Below, piece by piece: positions 25,786 to 41,631 of a DNA stretch of 64,000 nucleotides. The DNA is from Octopus vulgaris (Eukaryota), in assembly GCA_951406725.2 (NCBI GenBank), contig OX597831.1:79670001-79734000 (forward strand), written 5' to 3'. A program made the position numbers and the translations under genes. Position 1 is the stretch's first letter. Each line of letters starts with the position of its first letter. A model generated the notes under the pieces. That model searched no databases and was not told the DNA's origin. It saw only the letters and a list, made by a program, of their open reading frames with translations.

Positions 25786-26679
25786 CACATATATACACAC
25801 ACACATACGCATACATATATATATATATTTGCATACACATACGCACGCACACACACACGCCGGTGTACATACGTCCTTCTCATACAGGAACTTGTATGCA
25901 CATAACGACATGTACACACACATACAAAGACACAAGCACAAACATTATTGTACATATGCATATTCACACACGTGCACCAAAGCTCGCCATATAAAGGAGT
26001 AAAGAAAGTCATACCTAGACTCGCGCCTATGCATATGTATATGCACATAAAGTTGTGTGTATTAATAAATGAAAAATCAAAAGAACAGAAAGCACGTAAT
26101 CTCTTTCATTGCTTTATAGCTGTTTCGAGTATAAAGATCCTTGCTCACTGAGTTGAGTACCAGTGCAGCATGTTATAGCTTCTTCAGAACTATTTCAATG
26201 TAATGTTTCAGTACCGACCATCTATTTCATTTCTGAGTGCAGCAAGAAACCATCACATTTCGCTGGTTAATAAAAATATCAACAGGAAGCAACAGGTTAA
26301 CCCCGGCCACAACCATAATGTTTACCAAAATATAAAGATCAAACGATAAAACAACGTTATCATCAGTTTATCTGTAGTAATGCTACGGCAAAAATCGAGT
26401 GACATCTGAGAGGTATTTTGGCTGCACCCTGTATAACAAACTGGAGCTGAGAACGTCAGATACTTCACATATCTTCACTACCGCATTTTGCTTATATATA
26501 GGCGGACTGGTCACGATTGAAGCGTCTTTGATGATAGTTCAAATCCCTCAAGTTTGGCCCGTTATTAAAAGCCATCAATGGTAATGACATACATGTATAA
26601 CAACAACATCAACAATATGAAGAACAGCGTTTATCAAAATTAAGAATGGTACCAACGCCCACGCAGCAACTTCAGCATA

Positions 26680-27680
26680 CACTTCCTACTACTACTACCA
26701 CCACCACTGCCGCCTTCGCCACCATTACCACTACCACCACAACCATCAACACCACTACCACCACAACCACCACCGACACCACTACTAACATAACGACCGC
26801 CACCACCACCATCAACACCACCGCTACCACCAGCACCACCACCACCGCCGCCCCACCACCACAACCACCTTCCACACCACCACTAACATAACAACGACCA
26901 CCACCACAGCTACTACCAGCAACACCAGTACGACACCAACACCATTTCCAAAACAACCACCACATCTACACCCCCAACACCACCACCAGCAACAACTGCA
27001 CCGCCTCTACCAAAACCATCTACAGCACTACCATTCCCACCACTATTAGAACAACCATTATCAAACATACACCATCACCAACAACAACAACATGAACCCT
27101 ACAACCACTATCATCAAAGCCATCATCGCACTTACAACTACTACCAGCACAACACCAACAAAACACCACCAGCACCACCGACAATACAACCACCATCACA
27201 ACCAACAACAACACCACCACCACTGACACCACTACCCCATCATCACTACCCCCCCACCACCACCACTGACACCACTACCACTGCTGCCATCACCATCACC
27301 ACCACCACCTCCTCCAACACCATCACCACCACCACCATCGCTACCACCACCAACATCACCACCATCATCATCACCACCTTCATCATCGCCATCAACATCA
27401 CCCCCATATCCACCATCATCATCGCCACTATCATTGTCATCACCTTCATCATCACCACCACCATCACCACCATCGTCATCACCACCACTATCATCACCAC
27501 CAGCAGGAACAAGACCAATACAGCTATCAACAAAACGAACGCGAACAACACTACCAACACCACCTCCACCATCACCGTCGTTACTAATTCCAGCAGCACC
27601 ACCACCACCATCACAAGAACCACCACCAACACCATCAACACCAGTTCCACCGACACAACCACCAGCGCCACCGCCGATAA
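26680..27680. repeat. Degenerate (ACC)/(ATC) low-complexity tract
   Basis: Direct observation. Confidence 0.9.
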
Positions 27681-27833
27681 CAACAGCAGAGCAATCGATG
27701 TCCAAACGAGCAGCGGTCCATTAGCCGAAACGACATGTCGTGTCACATGACCTCATGTCACAAAATGGCGCGCGTTAATCGAATGCCAAGGATTGTATGT
27801 AGTAAAGGTTCCCTGACTAATTTAATGTGTGGG

Positions 27834-27864
<31 letters not shown>

Positions 27865-28007
27865 CGTGTATGCATGTGTGTGTAATATATAAATGGATAT
27901 ATGTGTGTGATTGTGTGTGTGTTTGGGTATATGAGTAAACGTATTTATATATATATAAATATGTGTGGTGTATGTATGAATCTATGTGTATGTGTGTATA
28001 TGCGTTA

Positions 28008-28038
<31 letters not shown>

Positions 28039-28059
28039 GCAAAATAGACACAGCAATAC

Positions 28060-28110
<51 letters not shown>

Positions 28111-28183
28111 CAGATAGATAGACAAACAGACAGACAAACAGTCAGGCAGACAGTTAGAGAGATAGATAGGGAGATAGATAGGG

Positions 28184-28242
<59 letters not shown>

Positions 28243-28243
28243 C

Positions 28244-28280
<37 letters not shown>

Positions 28281-28293
28281 GACAGACAGATAT

Positions 28294-28386
<93 letters not shown>

Positions 28387-28826
28387 TAGATACATACATA
28401 CGGATTGCGTGAATATACATATATATGTATGTATACGATGATTGTGTTTATTATTTGTTGAGTTTACGGTTGGTGATGCAGAGGGGTCGCTTCTTGTCCA
28501 CCACACATTGCCTGCTCATAGCATTTTCACCGGCTTCCGGTTCCAGGCTGTCAGCAGAGTAATATAAACGGACACAACTGAGGCCGCAGATACGTATACA
28601 CATACCACGCATTAATAAATGCATACACTCACACGCACAGTTTCACATGCAGAGTCATACGGAGATATTCACATTTACAGATCGACGCAGGCATACACGT
28701 TCCACATGCATTTTCATAGTCTCTCTCTCTCTATATATATATATATATACACACACACATACATACATGCATACAGACATATATATATATACGCACACAA
28801 ACACATCCACATATGCATAAATGCAT

Positions 28827-28951
<125 letters not shown>

Positions 28952-28998
28952 ATATGTATGTTTAGAAATATGTACATATATATATATACCTCCATACG

Positions 28999-29077
<79 letters not shown>

Positions 29078-29181
29078 CACATATGTATGTATTTATATGT
29101 ATATGCATTTACGTATATATTAATATATATATGTAGATACATACACAAATGCGTATATCTATATATGTGTATGTGTGTAAT

Positions 29182-29235
<54 letters not shown>

Positions 29236-29949
29236 CACACACATATATATATATATGTGTGTATGTATATATGTATGTATGTATATGTATGTGTATGTAT
29301 GTGTGTCTACATATATCTTTATATATGTAGTGTGTGCTCGTCAGTGGAGGTCGTGGCAGTCGCGCATATAATGTTCGCTGGTCATTTGAGAAGAAAGAAA
29401 GCGGACAAGGAAGAAATAAAACACCAGAAAAAATAACCAAAAAAAAAACACAACAAAATCGCAACAAAAGACAAACCAACATAAAACAAAAAATAAGCAA
29501 ATAACGTAACAGAACAATAAATATAAAAAAGCAATAAATAAATAAATTTCCCAACTGTAATGAAAAGGAATCTATGTCCGAGATTGACCAATACAAGTCT
29601 GTCTCTGTGGAATATTCGAGAGCAGTTGTTCCTGTATTAGATGGCCGCTAATGGGCATTATATTCCATTAAGTGGCAGCATAAACGAGAGACCCGTATGT
29701 GAAATGCTCTGCTCAAACTTTACTTAAGTCCTTCTTAACAGACGCCAAAATCTGGTTTGGTAACTGGCAGAGAATATTGTGCGTGTGTGTGTGTGTGTGT
29801 GTATGTGTGTGTGTACAGAAAGGGTGACAAAGACAAGGGTATATGAGACAGAAACACAGGGAGAGACATAGAGAGAGGGAGAGAGAGAGAAAAACAGAGA
29901 CGGACAAACGGACAGATCCGGTGATAAACACACAGACAGAGAGACAGAC

Positions 29950-30370
<421 letters not shown>

Positions 30371-30414
30371 AGACACACAGATAGTTAGATACATACATAC
30401 AACGCTAAATATGT

Positions 30415-30467
<53 letters not shown>

Positions 30468-31542
30468 AATTCATTACATGTATGTTTATAAATACATACA
30501 TAGATGCGCGCGCGTGCGTGTGTGTGTGTGAGAGCGTTCGTGCAGATGTGCGATGAAACTCTAACGAACGTCAAAACACGAACACGACCGTTCATCATTT
30601 CTCCCATCTTACAGAAAAACAAGTATGTCATGATCGTATGTCCAGTATCTTACTTCCCATATATTCCTATATAAGATCATCTCTATTTCAACCCTCAGAG
30701 GCCAAAGGTTAGCTAAGTCCGTAATATTCTTGCTATTTCTGTTCAATTTTAAGTATATTAATTTTGTATGCTAACCATGTAATTATAGACCTAATGATTA
30801 ATGACGTTTATTCCTTATGAAACCGGTGTTGATGATAATGGATTTAAAATCTATCGATAAACTTTATGCTTTTTTGTTTTCTATTCTCTCTCTCTCTCTT
30901 TCTCTATCTGTCTCTCTCTCTCTCTCTCTGTATGTGTGTGTCTGTGTATATATATATATCTATATACATTTATATTTTTATATAGATATATGTATAGAGA
31001 TTTATATATATTTATATTGTATAATATGTATATATATATATGTGTGTATGTATGTATGTATTAAGAAGCGTGGGTTATAGAACAAACAGTAAATTTGCGT
31101 CGATGACTTTTATATACAACCCCACCCCTCAAACATTTAATCATGTATAACAAAAAAACACCATGGATCCCAAACACATAAAAAAAATAATACATAAAAT
31201 CACAGAAGGTAAAAGTATACAATCGAATAAAATACAAAAAGAACGTCCGATCAAAAATGTTAAATATAAACGGCTAAAAATTCAACAACTGCCAAATATG
31301 AAATAAGATAATTAAAGGTAAAAATAAAAATAAAATAAATATCCACCAACTAAAAAAGTGTTATCAGACGATTAAAATATCAAAAAAAATTTGAAAAAAT
31401 ATTTGAAAAAAGTCTTTCACTCGTTCCACACAAGTACGTCCAAAAGTTCAAAATGCGTTCGTCTCATTATATTTGAGCACTTCTTTTGCACTCCTATAAA
31501 GCTTTTTGTTTCTATTAAAAGAGACAATATTATTTATTGTTT

Positions 31543-31582
<40 letters not shown>

Positions 31583-31612
31583 CAAAATAAGCAACAAGTA
31601 TATCCAAGGTAG

Positions 31613-31700
31613 TGTAGTACAATTGTTTCATGCTACTTCATTTTATTAAACACTATAAGTATTACATCAGTTTTAAAATGTCGAGCAATCTTCAGCCACA
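31613..31700 (-). ncRNA. Type I hammerhead ribozyme motif
   Basis: Minus strand: TGTGG CTGAAGA T TGCT...AGCA T GAAA CAATTG TA CTACA, with a canonical core and palindromic stem III. Confidence 0.7.
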
Positions 31701-32344
31701 TATAGAATACAGATGCAATCCATCACTGGAACTGTGAAAATCTGTAAAACTTCCAAGAAGTTTGTCATTTAAATATATATGAGCATGTCTAGATATGCAG
31801 CTATATGCATGAGAATACATACATAAAACAAAACAAATAAATCTGCACATATACATACATACAAACAAAAATACCCTATAGTTGATATTGAAATTCCAAT
31901 GAAGGAACCTTGGATCTGGGTTAGATACAAGCTCTTTCTCTATTGACAAGATCCTTGAAATAAAATTGAACAATGATATATATACATATATACATACTTA
32001 CATATACATACATACATATGCACATATATATATATATATATATACATGTATGTATGTATGTTTGTATATAAATAATATAAAAATATATAAATATATGCAT
32101 ATATAAATACATATATGTACATACGTATATATATATATATATGTATATATACATGCATGTATGGGTACAGGACATCAGAAAAAAATTAAACACAATGAGA
32201 ACCGAAAACATTAAAAACAAAAACATAGTAAACGAACTTTTTTTCGAACAACGAAAAAAATTAAACCGAGAAACGAGACATGCAACATAAAAAAATATTC
32301 CCCTTCATCGGTTGTCCCTGTTTCATCTACTCCGCTTTTCGAAG

Positions 32345-32411
<67 letters not shown>

Positions 32412-32501
32412 TACATATATATTATATACATACATATATATTATATACATATATACACTAGCTTGCAGGTCAATACAATTATTTTTTCTGTCTAACCTCT
32501 T

Positions 32502-32557
<56 letters not shown>

Positions 32558-33276
32558 GATTGTTTTCAACCATCACTATCACCAGTACCATCATCATCAA
32601 TAACTTTGACTTACCGCCTTCTCCTCCACCACTATCACCACTGTCTTTCACATCGCTTACTATCACCTTCAGCCCTGACTGTCCACCACCACCACCACCA
32701 CCACCATCATCAACGTCGCCTCCCTCTCTATCACAACTACACCTCATACTATTACTATCACCTCATTACCATCACAACCGTCAATCTACTACCGTCTCTA
32801 TGCCTAGTATTACTCTCATCCCATCACGAGGAATAGTGGAAGTGTCATTGAATAGTGAGAGAGGGGGGAAGTGTGACACACTGACACACATAAATTCATT
32901 TTCACATTTATTAATATTATTATTTATTATTATTAGTATTATATATATATACCAAAATATGTGTTATGATACTATCCCACATATACAAAACCAGCCCTAC
33001 CAACAATCCAACATACCTCCATATATAAATATATATATATATATATATAAGAAATATTGAATTTCTAAATCTCTCGTAGAGACATGTACGGTGGTGGGGC
33101 GATAGAATGGTTGTATACTGTCAATCTAACAAGAACGTGACAGTAGGGGGTACACCACCGCTGTATAGCCCTAGGAAGCATCGAACGCCTCCTGATGGCT
33201 TTGACACATTTTTCCCTGTGTCCTTATATACATTTACGAAGGGGAGACAAACACTCCCGGCTGCCGGAACTGCATC

Positions 33277-33313
33277 TAGGGACACGTGTTTCAGGATCGT
33301 TGTCCTTCATCGG

Positions 33314-33317
<4 letters not shown>
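33277..33317 (-). ncRNA. Minimal type I hammerhead ribozyme motif (U4C core variant)
   Basis: Minus strand: TAGG CCGATGA AGGA caacga TCCT GAAA CACGTG TC CCTA. All three stems pair and the cleavage triplet is GUC. Confidence 0.75.
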
Positions 33318-33382
<65 letters not shown>

Positions 33383-33714
33383 TCTCAGAATGAGATGTAA
33401 GCAGTAATTGCTCGATAATGTAAAGTATAGGAGCCATCTTAATAAAGCTGCGGTCATGCTGGGGCACCACCGTTGGGCCCCACGGATTTCAAGTTCCTGT
33501 TAATACCAACCACGATCTGTACCGAGACAGTCACTATTTCTACAGCAACCACCAATACCTCTACTACCACCCTCACTATTATCCCATTACTACCATCGCA
33601 TCTGTAACCACGACTGCTACAACGAATACTTTTACTAAGCTGCAATGCCATGACCACTTCTACTACCACCGCTACTGGAAATTTTCTGGAAACCTCTACA
33701 TACAGTATATCAAC

Positions 33715-33860
33715 AATCGCTTCTACTATAGGCACAAGGCCTGAAATTTTGGGTGAGGGGACTAGTCGATTACATCGACCCCAGTGTATCACTGGTATTT
33801 AATTTATCGCCCTCGAAAGAATGAAAGTCGAACTCAGCGGGATTTGAAGTTAGAACGTGA
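33715..33860 (-). mobile_element. SINE family A, short tail
   Basis: TTCTACTATAGGCACAAGGCCTGAAATTTT...GATTACATCGACCCCAGTG. Confidence 0.75.
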
Positions 33861-34190
33861 AGACACAGCATATCATCAATACCACCAGTATCTCCATCAC
33901 CGCGTTTATTCTTATCGCTGCCACTAAAACAGACAGCATCGCATGAACACCAGTCGCCACCATCATCGGCAGCATCGTCACTTACATCACCACCACAATT
34001 AGCGAGAGTATCTTTTACATCACCACTCAGGCATCAACAGATGCTGAACGAAGGACAATACCGAGAGACTGGGGACTACCAATGACATCGAGAAAAACCC
34101 TCGGTCTTTCTCTTCTGCTACTCGTCAGATAATTCGCTAGGAACAGCCCGATCGCAACCTGCAGCGCGTGCATAAATGTGTGTGTGTAGC

Positions 34191-34222
<32 letters not shown>

Positions 34223-34463
34223 GAGAGAGAGGGTGAGAGAGAGAGAGATTATAAATATATATATATATATATATATATAAATATATCATACATACTTAAA
34301 AGAATATATGATATATATATATATATATATATGTATATGTATATGTATGTATGTATGCATGTATGAATGTATGTATACACACATATATGTGTATGTGTGT
34401 GTATGTATATAATGAGGTGAGTCTATTTACTTTTGGGATGTCTGTGTATATCAATATCATAAA

Positions 34464-34503
<40 letters not shown>

Positions 34504-34580
34504 TATATATACACAAATATATATGCACACACATTTAAATGTGTGTCTGTGTGGATATACATGTATATATATATATATAT

Positions 34581-34649
<69 letters not shown>

Positions 34650-34823
34650 TTGATATATACATATATATATATATATATACATGAGTGGGTGTGTGTGTTT
34701 GTGTGTATATACATACACAAAAATTTATTTATGTTTACATGTATGAATATTCATATCCATAAATATATATATATACGTATAAGTTTATATTTATATATGT
34801 ATAAGTATATATATATATATGCA

Positions 34824-34885
<62 letters not shown>

Positions 34886-35489
34886 TATACGTAACAATGT
34901 ACAATATGTAAGTACACACCCTATCCCAAAACCGTCACCCCCCCCCCCAGAAATATCCATAACCAAGAAAAATAGCCGGAGAGTGTATATATTGGCCTTC
35001 AATCACATCATTTGTGATCATGGCTGGACTTAAAAACAAACCACGTCGCTGATCGTGTTCTGTGTATTATAAGAGAAAACTGACCGTGATGGATCACGGC
35101 TTTGGAGGGGATCAATATCGTGTTGCGATGTGTGTGTGTGTGTGTGTGTGACTGCGTGGATAGAAACTTGTGACTCCCATGGCCATGGTGGACATGTGCA
35201 TATTCTGATCTCATATAATAGGAAAGAAAAAAAGAAAGAAAGAAAGAAAGAAAGAAGAAGAACAAGAAGAACAAGAACAAGAACAAGAAGAAAAGGAAGA
35301 AGAAAAGGAAGAAGAAGAAGAAGAAGAAGAAGAAGAAGAAGAAGAAGAAGAAGAAGAAGAAGAAGAAGAAGAAGAAGAAGAAGAAGAAGAAGAAGAAGAA
35401 GAAGAAGAAGAAGAAGAAGAAGAAGAAGAAGAAGAAGAAGAATGGCAACGGTTTCTAATTTTGGTAAGTCTATTAATTGCCTGGCACCA

Positions 35490-35660
35490 AAAATACGAAA
35501 GGCAAACCTTTACGTCCTGAGTTCAAATTCTGCTGGGGTGTACTTTGCCTTTCATTCTTTCGGTGTCGATAAAATGAGTACCAGTTACGCACTGGGGTCG
35601 ATGTAATTGACTTTTATCCCGTCTCCCAAATTTCAGGTCTTCCAATAGTAAAAATCATTA
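35490..35660 (+). mobile_element. SINE family A, partial
   Basis: GAGTTCAAATTC...CTTTGCCTTTCATTCTTTCGGTGTCGATAAAATGAGTACCAG. Confidence 0.75.
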
Positions 35661-35711
35661 GTAATATTATTATTATTGTTGTTATTATTATTATTATCAT
35701 TATTATTGTTG

Positions 35712-35773
<62 letters not shown>

Positions 35774-36724
35774 GAGGGGAGTGGGAGGAGGAGGAGTGTC
35801 GCCCAACCTGCAGTAGCAATAGCAACGGCGCGGCGGGAGCATCAACAGAATCTGTAACATTTAATCTTTGTCCATTCCAACTAACGGTGCTCTTTTCTAT
35901 ATTCATTCTGTCAGCGCCAACAGCAAAAATGTCCTTCCGCCATCTTTGTTATATATTTATGTTATTTCCTTGTCGAAGTAAAACCTAGAAACATAACAGA
36001 CCTCGCTGTATGACATTACAAGACCTGTTCTTCTTTTCATCGTGTTTATTGTTACAAATATCGCCTTAGTTGCTGCTATTGTTACCGTTTTTTATCGCCA
36101 TATTTCTGGTACCAACGATGTCCGCCATTTTTATATCTTTTTGCTGTTTTATTTTTCGTTTGTTTGTTGTTCTTTGTTTTTCCCTTTTGATACCATATTT
36201 TTGTTCTTGGAACCACTTATGTTTTGACGTGTTTCGTGTGCAATTTCTTGCTCGAATTTATAGGTACGCACGTACATGCGCACGCATACACACGTACACG
36301 TATGCAGACAGGTTTTTATTTCATAACTAGATAGTCAAGTGATGGAGTGCAGATGTACGTCACACTTATATACACATACACATCTATCGACAGAAAGATA
36401 GATAGATAGATAGATAGATAAATAGGAGAGAGATTGAGATAGTTGGATGGACGGATAGATAGATAGAAAGACAGATAGAATTCTACACGCATGTATTTCA
36501 TATATTTATATAAAAACATACATATATATATATGAATATATATATATATGTATGTGTGTGTGTGTGTGTATAAAGAGGTGGGCACCGTCAATCGAATAGT
36601 TAAATTCGTTTATCGTTAATCCGTTAACCAAAAAGTTAACTTCGTTAATCTTCAATCCGTTGATTCTTTGAAAATGTAACGGAAGTTAGCGTTAACTTTT
36701 ATTGAAAAAGGCATCTCTACAGTT

Positions 36725-37640
36725 TAATACTGCAGGGAGACACACTCGCCCCATTTCTTTTCATCATTGTCGTTGACTATGTGCTACGTATGTCAGTTGA
36801 TAGCATCTCTGGCAAGGGCTTTGAAATAAAACCAAGAAGTTCCAGACACCCAGCTGAATACTTGACAGATACTGACTTTGCTGACGACATCGCTCTTATC
36901 AGTGATTCTCTCTCCAATGCCCAGTCTCTTTTACAATCTCTTGAACAAGACTCAAATTGTGTAGGTCTTTACCTCAATGAGGCCAAGACTGAATATATAA
37001 ACAAGTGCCTGTCCAACAGTGATTGCATCATCCATACTCTCAACAATGCGCCCTTAAATATGGTTTCTGATTACAAATATTTTGGGTCATACATATCATC
37101 ATCTGGAAAAGATTTTCTAACTAGAAAGGGTATGGCCTGGTCAGCCTGTAATGACATGCATAAGATCTGGTCATCAAATCTAAGTAGAGACTTCAAATTT
37201 GAAATCTTCAAAGCCACAGTCGAACCAATTCTACTATATGGCTCAGAAACCTGGATGTTATCAAAGAAGCTTGAGAGGCGGTTGGATGGAACCTACACTC
37301 GCCTCCTTATGAGAGCTCAAAATTTCTCGTGGAGGCGCCATCCAACCAAAATGCAAATATATGGGAAACTACCACCTGTGTCATCTCTTGTGAAAGGTAG
37401 AAGAGTCCAGTTTGCTGGACATTGTTGTAGAGCTGAAAATGAGGTAATTTCTACTCTTCTCCTCTAGAAGCCATCTACTCGCAATAACAGAGGGCGCACA
37501 CTCTCCTACCCTGATGTAGTCTCCAGGGATACAGGCATCCAGCAACAGGACCTCCGGTAGTGCCATGATGGACCGTGAAGTCTGGCGTAGCATGGTAAAT
37601 TCCATTGTCTCGACCACGGTCGAACAATGATGATGATGAT
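36725..37640 (+). mobile_element. 5'-truncated RTE-clade LINE (RT domain to 3' end)
   Basis: ILQGDTLAPFLF, TDFADDIAL, YKYFGSYI, VEPILLYGSETW and RRVQFAGHC, with an in-frame stop at 37467 and a (GAT)n tail. Confidence 0.9.
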
Positions 37641-38078
37641 GGGAGCAAGAGGGGAGGAAATAGAATGGGAGGAAGGCGAACAGAAGGGGAGAGAAGGGAG
37701 AATGTGGACGATAGGGAGGAAGGGAGAAAGGAGGAGGGAAGAGGAAGGGGAGGAAGAAGGAGGAAAGAGGATGAGGAGGGGAGAGAAGAGGTGAGAAGGG
37801 GAACAAGGAGGAGAAGCAGGAGATGGGGAGGAGGGGATGATAGATGAAAGAGGGAGGAGAGGAGGAGGAAATAGGAGTGGGAGGATGGGAGAGAAGGGGA
37901 TGGTCAGGTTTAGGGTTCGGGAAGGAGGAGGAGGACAGGTGAGGATAAGGGGATGTCGGAGGAGGAAGGAATGGAGGGGAAGTAAAGGAACGGAAAGGAG
38001 AAGAAAGGGAGGAATGGGAAAAGGAGGGAAAGGGGTGGAAGGGGAGGAGAAAAGGAAGATGAAGAAAGGGAGGAGGAA
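37641..38078. repeat. Polypurine (G/A) low-complexity tract
   Basis: ~440 bp of mostly G/A on the plus strand. Confidence 0.9.
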
Positions 38079-39559
38079 GTTTCTTTCTCACTCACATATC
38101 TATTTTCAGTATTTTTCTCCCCATAAACAAATTTTATGGAATGAGGATGCCAAAGTAGATCACGTGAGCTCCCAACCGACCGAGGCCGTGTTATGTGTGG
38201 AAGAAAAAACAACTAAATACATCTTTAGCGTTCATATTAATTTGTCAAATGTGATGCTTATTTGTTCACGTTATTTTAAATTATTCAGGTTCAAGAGGGC
38301 TGTCCGCAATATTTGCTTGTATCATTGTAAATTTTTTACATATAAATTTGAAATTTTGTCAGTGGGTGCTTTATACACCACTGGTTTACAGTTATGTAAT
38401 TTTAGCTGATTTTGCAGAGTAAATTTTACTTTTATGCGCAGGTAAATTTAATTAACAGGTGTAAAGCAATAACATTATTGATAAACACTAAAATTGAAAT
38501 TCTTAATGCATCTTACCTGTTTGATTTGTTAATAAAATTATTCCAGATGGCAACCGACAAAAATTTTGCCACTTTTCAAGATGAGGTACACTAATTTGAA
38601 TTAATTAAAATACAAGTATGATTGGTACAAGATTTTATTCTTTCAGTAAATATTTCGAACCTCGGTAAGGAATAATTTTGTTCCAGTTTTTTCGGGTGCA
38701 TTCGAGGAATCTGACCTCTAAACTTGCCGCAAGCCACTTTTTTTCCGGAAAAGAAAGATGGAAGGGTGGTGGGAAACTTGAAGTTTCCCACCAACAGAGT
38801 TTTGTTTCGTGCGTCTTTTTTCCTTTTCCAGTTTATTTTGCATGCTTTCAACGAATGTAACATCGACATTACACGTAAGCAGCTCCTTTTTTCCAGAAAA
38901 GAAAATATTTGGCTGTTATTTCTAGCATGCCCTGCTACCACGTAACAGCTACTTGCGTTCACAGTGAAATATTTGTTTTCACACCGAAATATTTATCAAC
39001 TTTTTTCCTTCCATTTATTTTTTTCTACTATATGGATCAATATTTTCTCTATTAACATCCAGCGAGATCACAGAACAAGTGGAAACATCAAACACTGTTC
39101 CCGCTTGACATGACAAAGAAATTTCCCGTTGTCTTTGCAAGCAACAAATGGGTGGATTTGGTTTCAAATCCAGGCAGGGCCAAACGCGGTCCTACAAGTT
39201 ATTTATAAGGATAAGTGGCGTTATACTGGGGTTGAAAGAATGATGCATACAATATTAAATATGCTAAGACAATCTGGAAACAATAAAAACTTTTAAATGT
39301 TTACCGGTTTTTATGAAATTTGGGGGTTAACGGACTGAACGGAAGCTAAATGTAACGGAAGTTAATTAGTCCGATAATGATTTCTTAAAAGTTAAATCGG
39401 TAACGAAAATGTTATCTTCGTTAATTAACAATTAACGGTTGAGTTCTACGGACCATTATGGTTTCCTGTTCTCTCGATTTGAATGTTCTCAGGAACCATC
39501 CGGACAAGCGCCAGCATTTTATTGGGAGCACACTAATATGCGTGTGCGGGTGGTGGTGG

Positions 39560-39604
<45 letters not shown>

Positions 39605-39654
39605 ATGTGTATATACGTGTGTGTATGTGTATGTGTGTGTGTATGCATATATGT

Positions 39655-40038
39655 GCGTGGCTGTGTGGTAAGAAGTTTCCTTCCCAACCACATGGTTCCG
39701 GGTTCAATCCCACTACGTGAATCCTTCGGCAAGTCTGTTCTACTATAGCTTCGGTTGACCAAAGCCTTGTAAGTGGATTTGGTAGTTGTAAACTGAAAGA
39801 AACGCGGTGTATGTATATATATGTATGTATATATTTGTGTGTCTGTGTTTGTTCCCCCACCATCACTTCAGAACCGATGTTGGTGTGTTTACGTCTCCTA
39901 ACTTAGCGGTTAGGCAAAAGGGACCGATAGAATACGTACTAGGCTTACAAAGAATAAGTCCCGGTGTCGATTTCTTCGATTAAAGGCGGAGCTGCAGCAT
40001 GGCCGCAGTCAAATGACAGAAGCAAGTGAAAGAATAAA
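39655..40038 (+). mobile_element. SINE family B, near full length
   Basis: GTGGCTGTGTGGTAAG...GGTTCAATCCC...CAGCATGGCCGCAGTCAAATGAC. Confidence 0.85.
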
Positions 40039-40121
40039 AAGATGTGTGTGTATGTGTGTATGCAAAGATATATGTACATATGAAGATAAATTGTAAATAA
40101 GATATATAAATATACATATAG

Positions 40122-40219
<98 letters not shown>

Positions 40220-40240
40220 CATATACTATATGTATATATT

Positions 40241-40611
40241 GCGGCACTCCGTCGGTCACGACGACGAGGGTTCCAGTTGATCCGATTAACCGAACAGCCT
40301 GATCGTGAAATGAACATGCAAGTGGCCGAAAACTCTACAGCAACGTGTACCCTTAACGTAGTTCTCAGGAAGATACAGCGCGAGAGAGTATGTGAGAACG
40401 CTGACCCTTTGAAATACAGGTACAACAGAAAAGGAAGAAAGAGTGAGAGAAAGTTGTGGTGAAACAGTAAGGCAGTGTTCGCTACCAGCACCTACCATAG
40501 ATTCGTGGAGCTTTAGGTGTTTTTGCTCAATAAATACTCACAACACGCGGTCTAGGAATCGAAACCGCGATCCCACGACCGCGAGTCCGCTGTCCTAACT
40601 ACTGCGCCATT
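40241..40611 (-). mobile_element. SINE family C, tail type 2
   Basis: Reverse complement of 62426-62802. Confidence 0.85.
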
Positions 40612-40659
40612 AACGGTTCAAATAACCTGACATACGTAGACAACGAGAATAAATGGAAA

Positions 40660-40750
40660 ACATAGGGAAAGGACCCTTCATTAGTTGTCGGCTGTCTACG
40701 TGCTCCTCATTTCGAGCATTCAACGACAATATGAGTCTTCAAAGACAAAA
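40660..40750 (-). repeat. Dispersed repeat shared with 52797-52890, with hammerhead-like fragments
   Basis: Both copies read GACTCATATTGTC.TTGAATG.TCGAAATGAG...TAGACAGCCGACAACT.A.GAAGGGTCCTTTC. Confidence 0.6.
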
Positions 40751-40994
40751 TAAAATTTAGAAATTATGGACTATCAAAGTTGGGAACAAAAACATGACAG
40801 TGGAGTCGTACAAGGAAACCGAACGAAAACAACAACGGAAGGTGGTTAGACCAGAACGAAAGGAAAATAGTGAACGCTGGGAGAAACATTTCTTTGAAAA
40901 GAGAAAAAATAGAAGAGAGAGGAAAACACGTCCGTTCTTTTGAACGTCTGTGCTGGAAAAGAAAGATGTACGATGGTCACGTGTAAGCAATGAG

Positions 40995-41033
<39 letters not shown>

Positions 41034-41128
41034 AGAAACAGGAGAGAAAGACAGAGACAGATAGAAAACTGTGAAGGAGGGAGGGAAGAGAACGGCAGTT
41101 AGAGAAGGATGGGGGAAGGAAACAGTTT

Positions 41129-41194
<66 letters not shown>

Positions 41195-41436
41195 CATGAA
41201 TAATAGTTGACAGTAGCTGTATGAACGGATGTGAATAGATATGCACATATATAGACATATACATATGTATGTATATTTTTACATACTTACATAGAGGCAG
41301 GGATATAGAAACACACGCCACACACACACACACTCATATATGCAGATACATATACATCTCAATATGTATGTACATATATATATATATTTATATATCTATA
41401 TACACACACACAGAGAGAAGAGCGATAGATAGATAA

Positions 41437-41517
<81 letters not shown>

Positions 41518-41522
41518 CAGAC

Positions 41523-41631
<109 letters not shown>

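Larger units (their letters stand above)
36574..39445. mobile_element. Possible decayed hAT-like DNA element hosting the RTE insertion
   Basis: Left end AGAGGTGGGCACCGTCAA. CGTTAA/TTAACG(G) subterminal repeat clusters lie at 36585-36700 and 39325-39440. The right TIR is degenerate and I could not confirm a transposase. Confidence 0.4.

Noticed and set aside
26640-27746. Mucin-like or Pro/Gly/Asp-rich ORFs
   Set aside because: Degenerate (ACC)/(ATC) repeats with no domain, no preferred frame and no clear splice sites.
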